A program made the translations under genes and the position numbers. Source: Piromyces finnis finn (lineage: Eukaryota > Fungi > Neocallimastigomycota). Taken from it: a stretch of DNA of 64,000 bases. The first letter of the stretch is position 1; the number at the start of each line of letters is the position of its first letter. Positions 12,802 to 23,419 of this stretch are shown here, piece after piece. The notes under the pieces were generated by a model. The model did no database searches and was not told the origin of the DNA. It saw nothing but the letters and a program-made list of their open reading frames with translations. Location of the stretch: positions 930,001 to 994,000 of the forward strand of contig MCFH01000002.1 in the NCBI GenBank assembly GCA_002104945.1. The letters are read 5' to 3'.

Positions 12802-13635
12802 TCAATAGGTTATATCAAATAATAGTATTATCGTACTATAGATGATATTTGATAATATAGATGAAGCAAGAAATCCATCAAAGTCATAGGTATAAGTTAA
12901 GATAACACCAATGATAAAATAAATAGGGAAATAGCTACTTTCCTCATAAAGTTCACGAAAACTAAAACTGAAATGCGCCATGGCATATACAAAACAAGAA
13001 ACAAGATAACCTATTAATTTGGAGAATCTCTTAAAATATCCATAGAGAATTTTTCTGAAAACTATTTCTTCGGCTATGGGTGAAATTAGTATAATATAAA
13101 AATAAGAAAAAACCTTATAGTTTTCTTTCCAACCCTGAATACCTTCCTCATTTGAACTATTCCTTGAATATTTTCGTAATATTAAACCATTAATAATGGT
13201 TGCAGAAAGGATTAACAATGCAGAGATTACTGCAATGACATATACTCTTGTAAGGAAAAACTGATTGAAAAAACTTTCACTTCCCTTTTTTTTAGGTTTT
13301 ATATACTTTATTGGTTGGTCTGGTTGAATAGTACTAGCAGGTATATCAATCATAGAATCATGTCTTGAATATTTTTTTATTTCTTCTTCTTCATTATTGG
13401 AATATTGGATTTCATAATCCAATTCATCAATGCCTTTGGATTCGATTAACTCTAAAGGATTAAAATTTTCTCTTTTCTCATTTTCTTCTTTATTATTATT
13501 ATTGGGAATTTTAATAGTAATTTTATTATTGTTATTATTCACTTTATCATTACTATTATTATCAACATTTTCTAGTGAATTATGTTCCTGTAGAGAAGGA
13601 ATTTCAATTTTACTGTCATTATCCATTAAAGCCAT
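12802..13635 (-). CDS. CPBP/Abi (CAAX protease self-immunity) family membrane protein, copy A; C-terminal catalytic motif degenerate
   Basis: Intronless 277-aa ORF with an acidic N-terminus and hydrophobic helices. It has PIAEEIVFR (EExxxR) and YAMAH (FxxxH-like), but HxxxN is replaced by NIIYS. It aligns with the copy at 20936-21694. Confidence 0.85.
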   Translation of the reverse strand: MALMDNDSKIEIPSLQEHNSLENVDNNSNDKVNNNNNKITIKIPNNNNKEENEKRENFNPLELIESKGIDELDYEIQYSNNEEEEIKKYSRHDSMIDIPASTIQPDQPIKYIKPKKKGSESFFNQFFLTRVYVIAVISALLILSATIINGLILRKYSRNSSNEEGIQGWKENYKVFSYFYIILISPIAEEIVFRKILYGYFKRFSKLIGYLVSCFVYAMAHFSFSFRELYEESSYFPIYFIIGVILTYTYDFDGFLASSILSNIIYSTIILLFDITY

Positions 13636-14811
13636 ATTATTATTGTTTATTATTATATTATTTTTTTTATTTTTATTTTATTTAATTTTTTTCACTTTTA
13701 TTATTCTTTTTAAAACTCTTTTTTTTTTAAAAAAAAAAAAAAAAGTTCTAGATATAACTTTATTCTATTTTGTTTTTATATTTGATATTAAATGATAGTA
13801 AATATAATATTTCAATATTTCTTTTTTTTTTTTTTTTTTTTTCTATCTTTATTTTTTTATAAAAAAAAAAAAAGATTCTTTTATATTTTGATTTTTCTTA
13901 TTGTTAATGTAGTTTTAATAATAAAAAATGAAACTTTTTTGACTACATAAAATGAAATCATTTATTAATATTGCTTTTACCATATTTTTATAACATTTTA
14001 TTAATTTTTTATTAAGTCTTCCTATTATATTTGTTTTTTAATTTTACTTTTTTTTTTTAAAAAAAAATAATATATATAATAAAGTTATAAAAAAAAAAAA
14101 GAAAAAAAGAAAAGAAAAAAAAAAAAGTAAATTCTTATGACTACAAATACATTTACCTATTTTTTTTTATAATAAATATATTTAACTCTAATATATATTA
14201 TTTATTAATATTTATATATAATATATATTTATTTTATATATAAATTAAGCATCATCATTTTTAGTAGTATAAATAGTACATTCTGAAAAATTTTAATTAA
14301 TTAATGATAAAAAAAAATGTTTAAATTATTAACATTTAATACATTTAAACCTATATAAAATATTAATAAATTACAATTAACTTTAATATATAATTAATTG
14401 GTTTAATTTATATATTAATTCTGGTTACACAAAATTACCAATAATCATTACTCAAAAAAAAAAAAAAAATCTTGTGATGATTTAACCACAAATAAGTATG
14501 AAGTTTAATAGAAAAAAAAAGCACATTTTTTAGGCAATAAGAGTGCTTGTGCTTTCTTTTTTTTTCTCTCTCTTTTGGAAGTCTTTGTTATAATTAAAAA
14601 AAAAAAGAATCATTTAATTATAATGTATATTTATAATATAAATTATTTTTCATTATTAAAATGATATCATTTTATTATATATGAATTAAAACTTGACAGT
14701 TTTTTTTTTTTTTTGATATAATTTAAATATAGTTTATATAATTAAAGTTTTATATATATATAATGTCATGGAAAAAGCAAAAAATTCTTTTATTATTATT
14801 GCATTGTTCCC

Positions 14812-14843
<32 letters not shown>

Positions 14844-15474
14844 AAATAGACAAGCACCATTAATTTTTCATATGAAGTAGGGAAAGTTTATAATGTTACT
14901 ATTAATAGATGAAGAAATAAATTAAAAAAAATAAAATTCACAAATAGTTTTTAAAGTTGAATTAATGAATTTTTATTTTTAATTAGCAAATTATAGACTA
15001 TATTCAAGGTGTTATCATCTAATAAAAAATAATTATAATATTTAAGAAAAATAAAATAAATAACATAGGATGACACTACTACGGCACTAATATCTTTTCT
15101 TTTTTTCATAAAGTGTAAAAGAAACAATGTTAGAAATAAAATGTAGTACATGGAATTTTTTTTTTAATATTTTTGGTTTGTAGAGAATATAAAAAATAGT
15201 CAAGAATTGTATTTACATTCTCTATAAACTAAAAATGATTTGGTTTAAAAATTACATTTAAAAATGGTATTTAAGTGATATATATATATATAATTCAAAA
15301 GAAATATAAAGTTGAATTTTACAAAATTATTATTGTTGTATAAATTAAATATTTTTATAGTGCAATCATTCATAGGATTAATGGTAAAACTCTTTTAAAA
15401 ACAAAAAATATAAAAAAGAAAAAACTATATATAGTAATCCTTATGAACTTTAAATATAAACAATTTTTTATTAT

Positions 15475-15513
<39 letters not shown>

Positions 15514-15688
15514 AATATAAAATATTCAATATATAAAAAGATTAACCCTTTTATTTTTTTTTTTATTAAAAATTTCTCTCCAAATTATATTAGACTAATA
15601 CATAAAACAATAATACATTCTTTTAAACTAAATGATATGTATTTATAGTGATAATATAAAATAAAAGAATGTGACATAAGAAAAATAA

Positions 15689-16220
15689 GTCGTTCCAGTT
15701 TTTATCCTGGTTGTTAAGGCGTTTCCTTAGCATACATAAGGCTTCTGGTTCGACCCCGCAGATGTCAGTGCCTGTGGATTTTCCCACTGGGTTTGCCATG
15801 GGTTGGGTTATGATATTCAGGTAAGTATAAATGAACTTTCTAATTTACTACTATGATAATAACACTCGTCTAGCCGGCCTGAGAGGGTCTAGTGTACATG
15901 GTACATTCCAAATTAGAACTTAATAAGTGGTGACTTAGGCTATGCCAAAAACACATAATATTCCTTAATCAATTTAAGTGTAAACATTAGGGGGCGGTTG
16001 ACACGTGATCAAATTGACTATAAGAGGCTTAGCATTGTAGTTGTGAAATATCGTACAACGACATGCATCTAATGTACATGGATTAAGTGAGCGTCGAAGC
16101 TGAAGAAACAGTATGACAGACCAGGAGGGTCACAACCACCTAGCAATAGGAATGAGCCAACGTTTCTCTAAGAACCACCATTGGAGCTAACTCTGATCGA
16201 TGGGAGAAATGCACTCGGAA

Positions 16221-16268
<48 letters not shown>
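15689..16268 (+). mobile_element. tRNA-Ala(AGC)-derived SINE with poly(A) tail and 13-bp target-site duplication
   Basis: The 535-nt body is about 42% GC (hand count) within very AT-rich flanks. The poly(A) run is at 16224-16269. ATAAGAAAAATAA is duplicated at 15676-15688 and 16269-16281. The head is tRNA-like, with loop TTAGCAT and B-box GGTTCGACCCC. Confidence 0.88.
15703..15757 (+). promoter_or_regulatory. Internal Pol III promoter of the SINE (degenerate A-box region, clear B-box)
   Basis: The D-arm-like segment TATCCTGGTTGTTAAGGCG starts at 15703. GGTTCGACCCC at 15747-15757 matches GGTTCGANNCC at tRNA spacing. Confidence 0.7.
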
Positions 16269-16271
<3 letters not shown>

Positions 16272-17954
16272 AGAAAAATAAATAATAATAATAAAAAAAA
16301 AATTCTATATATATATGTAATAACCGTAAGTTTTATTTAAAATATTAAAGCTAGGTATTGAAGGAACAAAAAACCAAAAAGAAAACATGAAATTAAAATG
16401 ACTGAAAAGTAAAATTTAATACCAATTACCAGCCTAACTAGAGATTTTAAATATAGTGTTATATGAATAAATTCTTCAATAATTAGAGTTGTAAATTGAA
16501 TACATATTTTCTTTCAAATAAACGTTTTTTTTTTTTTTAAATAAATTTTCATTTAAACTTTATTATGTTCTTTTTATTTTCCTTTTTTTTCACAGACACA
16601 CATACACACATATATATGCATTCTTTTACTCTCTTCATATCCATATTTATTCTATTGATTTTGATTAATGACTTTTTATTGTTCAATGAAATAAAGTAAT
16701 AAATTTGTTTATATATTAATTTTTAAAAGGTTTTATTATGTTTTTAATAAATAAAGAGAGAGAATGTCTCAAAGATATCTAAAATATTAGATATTATTGT
16801 GTTTATATAGTATAAACTTCCACAATTCTATACCTTGTTAATGGTAAATATTATGTAAATGGAAATAGTCTTTTTTTTTATATTTTTTTTTTTTTTATTC
16901 TATCATCATTAATAATATTTAAAATCTCTATAATTTGTGGCTTGAAATTATTAATAGTTTGGCTTTTTAATTCTAATTAATTTTTATTTAATTTTATTTT
17001 ATTTTCCTTGGGGTTTTTCTTTTTTTTTTTTCCTTATATAATTTATATAGTTGAACGAATCATTTTGTAGAATAATACATTATTTAAACTTTTTTTAATT
17101 AAAGAAAATCTTTTACTGAAACTTGATTTAATAAATAAATAATTTTTAATTAATAGAATGTTTTAGGATAAAGTAAGAATAATATTGGTAAAGATAATTT
17201 TTTGTAAAACTATTTAGTACTATTTAGTTTTATTTATTTTTTGAGGATATCAAAATATTTTGTAAAAAGAAAAATCCTAGAAACTTGGTCAATTATTAAT
17301 AATTAAAATAAAAAAAAATAGTTTTTATTTTTATATTTCATTTTAATATTCATTAATTTTTATTTAATAAAACAATATTAATTTTTTTTTTTTTAATTAA
17401 TATACCCAAATTTTTATTAATTTTTGGAACAAAAAAATTTATATAGATTTTGTCCTCACATGAATCATACCCAAAATATATTAAAAAAAAAAGTAACTAT
17501 TATATTTGTTTTTATTCTATATTTTCAAATATTTAATCTAGGCACACACATACACATACACCCATAAACACACGATAAAGAATGTTATTGTTATTGTAAT
17601 ACTATTTTAATATTGTTTTTTTTATTAATAAAATTTTTTATGATATTTAAATGTAAAAAGATGTTATATTAATAAGAAATTAGGCATTATCCTATGAACT
17701 AAAACCTAAATTCAAAACCAAATTAATTTTTTGTTTTTAATTATAATAAATATTTTGTATTTAATACCGAGTATTGAATCAATCAATTAATGTAAACTTT
17801 TAAATTTTATGTATTATTTAATAATAAAAATCATATTATTAAAAAATATATAAAGAAGAAGAAGAAAAAAAAAACTTTTCAAATTAATGTTAAAAATTAC
17901 TTTTACAACATTAAGTTATTGAATATTTTTTTTTGGTACTTTATAAATGATGAA

Positions 17955-18570
17955 TAGTTAATGCATAAATAAACGTTAATCATCATCATATGACTAGTAA
18001 TAATCAAAGTTAATGAATGAGTCATTATCCTAGAGCGAAAATAAGTCCAAAAATAAAATGAATTGAAAACTTTTTGATTTCCTTAGCCTAGTTTTTAAAA
18101 CAAAGGTTAAAATGACTTTAACCGAAAAATGAAACCAGAAATTTAAAAAAAGCTTTGATTTAGATAGTATTACCAATGTATTTTTTCCCTTTTTCCATCA
18201 ATTCAATTAATGAATTCGTTGATAAAACCCTCGTATATATAGTAAATCCTTGAATAACCGGTACAATAAAAGTATTTACAATAAATATAAAGTATTTATA
18301 TAGATGTAAATCTGCCTTAACCATTCTTTTATTGAATAGAAAAATAAATAGTTTCAACAGAACAATAACCTTTTATCTTGCCAAGTTGTTTGTAGATTAA
18401 CATATGCTTTTTTTTTTCTTTAGTTTTCTAAACTTGTTTTAAACCATTAATTAAATGGTGATTATTTCCTTACAAAGTTTTATGTTTTCCATTGTTTTTT
18501 TTTTTTTTCTTTCATCTTAATAAGCAACTTGTATATCTTGATGTTTATCGGTATTTTTAATTATTTGAAT
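17955..18570 (-). pseudogene. Decayed CPBP/Abi paralogue (psi-1)
   Basis: Minus-strand translation gives KHMLIYKQLGKIKGYCSV (cf. KHVLIFKQFLIPKVYYTA), IVPVIQGF (cf. IAPFIEEF), FG*SHFNLCFKN*AKEIKKFSIHFIFGLIFALG** (cf. FAFGHYNFDFKVLASEILSFSSYFFMGIALALAYD) and ITSHMM (cf. IFTHML), with stops and frameshifts. Ends are approximate. Confidence 0.8.
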
Positions 18571-19429
18571 TATTATTATTGTTTTTTTTTTTTTAGTTTT
18601 CAAGTAGTATATAATTTCATTTTATTTATTTTTATTAGTTTTATTGTTTTTTTAAATTTTTTATTTTAATTTTCAAAGATTTTAAATAAAAGTATTTTGT
18701 TCCTTTTTATACTTTTTTTAATCCATAGTATTATAATATTGTCTTAACTTCAGTTTAATTAATTTTTTATTAATAATAATAATTTTGTTTGTAGGATAAT
18801 CCAATTTTATATGGTTTAAACTTTTCAAATTAAATTAAAAAGGAAAAAATTTTTTTTTCTTTTTTGAAACGAATTTAAATAAATTAATTAATTCAAATTT
18901 AAAAATATATTATTTTATTGTTAGCCATATAACGATGTTTTGCTTTAAACCAATAAAGATTTAATATTGACCTTTTTCCCACATATATAGTGATATTCAT
19001 TATTATATCAAAAATAAAAAATTACTAATATAATCAGCATCATCACAATATTAAATCTTTTATTTTTTAATACTCTCTACTTGTTATTATTATTATCATT
19101 ACACAGATGCTTGTTATGTATTCATTTTTAATTTTAAACTACTAAGCTGTCTTTTTTAAAAGAAACTATTTTACATTTTTTTTTTAATTATATGTGGACA
19201 GAGAAAAAAGTGAAAAAAAAATTTTTTTTTTTTTTATATTTGATATGATATTGGTATATTATGTATTATTAATTAAAAAATAAAAATGTATTATAGTTCA
19301 TAATAAACCTAAAATAATATATCCTTTTATGAATTACTATTTAAAAGAAAAAAAAAAAATTTTAAAAAGAAATTATTTTAAATACTTTTTAAATATCATT
19401 TAAATTCATAGTATCAAAATTTTATATCT

Positions 19430-20199
19430 TCCAAAGTCTTTCAAAATGAATATTATCAATAGGAGAAAGTCCATAGTTATTACTCAATATGTATCCAATA
19501 CATATTAATTATTGGTAAGGAATTATTCAAGTTTCAAAACAACTACAACAACAACAACAAAAAAAAAAGTAGGAGAAAGAAGATTCTCTAAAAAAATATT
19601 TGAAGAATATTATTAGGTACTTGAAGTAATGTTTAAATTTCAAATATCCCATTACCAATAAAAGTATGAATGACATACAATAAATAAAAAATAAATAAAA
19701 AATTAAGGTTTTGGAATAATTTTTTATAATATATATAAAATTTATTCAAAAAAAAAAAATACTATTCTATTTGGAAGTAATTATTAATTCTTGTATAAAA
19801 AATCTTTTTTAAATAAACCTATGAAATACTTTGTTGGTGTTACAATACAACCCGAAGTAAACATATTAGTCAATTTAATCTTTATTTATTCTACAGTTAA
19901 TTTTTGACTAGTACTTTTTTTTTTTTTTTACAACACCAAATGTTAAATTTTTGATGAAATCATAGGCAGTATAAATAAACTTTTGGAGTTAAAAAAAAAT
20001 AGTTTATAAGACAATTCATATTCCTTTTTTTTTCTTATTATTATTAGATAGTTCTAGTTTCATCTTTGACTTGCTTGTTTAGAGATATCAATAACAACTA
20101 TTTCATTTTGAATTTTTAAAAAATGCCATACTTTATGGATGATTTATCTTCAGCAACTACATTTTGCGTCTTTTGATTTTTAATATTTTTATTTTGAAT
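19430..20199 (-). pseudogene. Decayed CPBP/Abi paralogue (psi-2)
   Basis: The 5' part reads IQNKNIKNQKTQNVVAED versus MQNKNIENQKTQNAVAEE of the 20936-21694 gene (ATG to ATT). Nucleotide similarity continues through the coding region with deletions and frameshifts, and upstream to about 20520. The 3' end is approximate. Confidence 0.82.
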
Positions 20200-20935
20200 T
20201 TTTTAATTATGCTGTATCAATAGTTTTCAATTTTATAAAATGTATGTTTTGTTCTACATATTGTTTTATTTTTTTGTATGCTGATTTTATTATTTATTAT
20301 TTTTATTAACAAATCTTTTTTTTTTTTTTTTGCCAAAGATTATGATCTTGGATTCATTTCGTTTCCGCTGTCTTTTTTTTTTTTTCTTTAATAAAAAATT
20401 TAAAATTTAATGGTTTATTGTGTGGCTTGAACTTGTCATTCCATAAAATAATAAAATTATATAAACTTTATTCTTTTTTTCTATAGGATCATTGTGAAAC
20501 CTTTTATATATTCTCGGAATTCATAATTCTATTTTCTTCCTATACAGTAACTTATTATTAATTGATATAAAGTTATAATGCTATATTCACGGATATCATT
20601 GAATTGACTTTCTACCTATAAACAGTAGAATATAAAGTAATAATAATAATAATTATTATTTATCAAATTAAAATTCCTTAAAATAAAATAAAAAAAACAC
20701 ACACACACTTCATTATATGGATTAAATATAATTCAAATATACTCAAGATTTTTAATTCTAAATACTTTTTTAATTTTAATTTTATTTCATTTTTTTTTTG
20801 TAATAGATAGATAAGAAAAAATGTACAGAATTTTTAATTAATAAATAGGATATGCGCTTCTCAAAAAATAAATATTTTTTAATAATAAAAATCATATTAT
20901 TAAAGAACATTTATTATTTTGTTTTATAATTGATA

Positions 20936-21694
20936 TTAAAAAGAATTTAAAAAATTTTTAATAATAATCGATCCATTAGTGATATCATCATCAATATATA
21001 AGATGATTAGTACAGCAATTATATTATTTAGCATATGGGTAAAAATAGATGCTAGAATATAACCATCATGATCATAAGCTAAAGCTAAAGCAATTCCCAT
21101 AAAAAAGTATGATGAGAAAGATAAAATTTCAGAAGCTAAAACCTTAAAATCGAAATTATAGTGTCCAAAAGCAAAAAGGAAACTTGAAATTAAAAAGGCT
21201 AAAATTCTGATAACAATACCAATAAATTTTTTGTTCTTTTGAACTTTCTTACCAGCCCAATTAATAATTTTAAAAATAACACTTCTAAAGATAAATTCTT
21301 CTATAAATGGTGCTATAATACAGGTTGAGATAATAATTCCTATTGTGTTTTCCTTAAGTTGTTGTTCAATTTCTTTTTGATTAGTACTTTCCATTTTTTC
21401 TTCATCAACACCAAATACTAAATTTAATAATGTATAATAAGCAATATCAAATGCCCTATAAGCGATATAAGTAATTATAGCAGTATAATAAACTTTTGGA
21501 ATTAAAAATTGCTTGAAAATCAATACGTGCTTATCTTTATTCTTTGATTTTTTGGTTTCTTCTTTAGCTTGTTCAGGGATATCAATAACGGTTATTTCAC
21601 CTTGAGTTTTTAAAAATTCCATACTTTGTTGTTCTTCTTCTTCTTCAGCAACTGCATTTTGTGTCTTTTGATTTTCAATATTCTTATTTTGCAT
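20936..21694 (-). CDS. CPBP/Abi family intramembrane glutamic endopeptidase, copy C, all motifs intact
   Basis: Intronless 252-aa ORF with APFIEEFIFR (EExxxR), FAFGH (FxxxH) and THMLNN (HxxxN), plus multiple hydrophobic helices. Confidence 0.9.
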   Translation of the reverse strand: MQNKNIENQKTQNAVAEEEEEQQSMEFLKTQGEITVIDIPEQAKEETKKSKNKDKHVLIFKQFLIPKVYYTAIITYIAYRAFDIAYYTLLNLVFGVDEEKMESTNQKEIEQQLKENTIGIIISTCIIAPFIEEFIFRSVIFKIINWAGKKVQKNKKFIGIVIRILAFLISSFLFAFGHYNFDFKVLASEILSFSSYFFMGIALALAYDHDGYILASIFTHMLNNIIAVLIILYIDDDITNGSIIIKNFLNSF

Positions 21695-22222
21695 TTTTTT
21701 TTTTTTTTTTTTTTTTTACTTTATTTCTTTATATAAACCTACTTGTTTTTTATTAGGTTGTATTGATAGTTTTTAGTTTTTTAAAATATATATAATTTTT
21801 TTAATTTTTTTTGTTTTTATTTAAAAAAAATTTTTTTCAAAGATTAAAACTTTGGAAGAATTTTGTTCCTTTTATATTTTTTTTTTTTTTTTTTTATCTA
21901 TTGTATGGCTTAACGTATCATTTGTAAGATAATAAAATTATATAAATTAAACTTTTTTTTTTTTTTGAGATTAATTCTAGATTCAATTAATTAAAAATTA
22001 TTAAAAATTTGAAAATACAACAGGATCATATGATAAAAATTTTCATTATTCCTAGAATTCTAGATTTTAATTTTTTAGCGGTAGCAACTCATTAAACTAT
22101 TCTTTATTTTCAACAAAAAGAAAATAGATTTTTCTTTAAAAAAAAAAAAGAATAACAGAAATATCTTTTACTATAATATTAATTCATTTTCCTTTACCTT
22201 TGTAGTTATTATTACTAAATGT

Positions 22223-22262
<40 letters not shown>

Positions 22263-23419
22263 TCAAAATATATTATGGTTATTTTGACTATAAAGTATTA
22301 GTATAGATAATGTTTCCAGCAATTTATATAATGTCCATATTAAAGAAATAGTAGTATAGAAATGTTCAATATAATTATAATAATAGGATAGCTTATGAAT
22401 GAATATTAATGAATGTGGGATAACAAAAAAACTACTTTTAAATGATATGAAAATTATATTTGTAAAATATTGACAGACATATATATGAATATATGATACA
22501 ATTTTAAAATAATTAAAAGATATAAAAATTCAATAGATTTAGAGAAAGTGGATACTTTGAATAATTGAAAATAAAAAAGATAATTAATAGAATTTAATAA
22601 TCTTAATAGTTAAAACTAATTTTTATTATTATTTAAATAATATTATACATTAAATACAAAAAGAAACTAACCTGTTTTGTTATTTAATAGGATTTGAAGT
22701 TGTTATAACTTTTAAACTATGTATAAAACATTAATAATGAACTATTTATGTAGAAAAACAAAAGTTTTATAATTTCATTTCTCTAATGAAAATAAAATCC
22801 ATAAGAATGATTGTATTGAATTAATAAAAAAGGTTTAAATTAATATTATTTTATTATTAAATAATATTAACCATAGTAACATTAGATATTTATCGTACTT
22901 TTTTTTTTTTTCTAATGTATATAGTAATAATTTCATTATTGTATATATAGTATAGAGGTGATGTATAAAATCTAAGAAGAGTATAAACTTTTTAATATAT
23001 TTATGGTTAAGATCAAAGTAGTAAAAAAAAAAAAAAAAATAAAAGTGATATTTGCATTTTATTATAAAAAAGCAGAGATATTAATATATCTACCTCCATA
23101 GTTTTATTTATATTTATTTTCAATAAAAAGAAAAAACATTTTTATCAATGTATATCATTTAATTATTATTTATTTTATAATTTTATTTTAATAATATTTT
23201 TTTTTTTTTTATTTTACTCTCTAATGAAAGCTTTATTAATTATTTCTATTATAACTATTAAAAGTCTATGTTGTATTTTTTCATATTGTATTACAAATAT
23301 CAAACAAAAAAAAAGTTTGTTTATTTTTTTTTAATTAAATATTTATTTTCAATAATTTTTTTTTTTTTTTTGTTATTGGTTATAAATTAAAAAAATAATT
23401 TTGTTAAAAAAAAAAAAAA

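Noticed and set aside
14473-14560. C/D snoRNA (GTGATGA box C, short hairpins)
   Set aside because: No box D (CTGA) at a plausible distance downstream.
15696-15768. Functional tRNA-Ala gene
   Set aside because: The acceptor and anticodon stems do not pair, and the region is fused to about 450 nt of body plus poly(A) and a TSD. It is the SINE head.
15689-15828. U1 snRNA on the minus strand (ATACTTACCTG at 15828-15818)
   Set aside because: No U1-70K loop, U1A loop or Sm site follows. It is better read as a plus-strand splice donor.
16100-16130. Hammerhead core CTGAAGA, and twister-like words elsewhere in the SINE
   Set aside because: I could not build the required stems or the GAAA element by eye. 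An Infernal scan would be needed.
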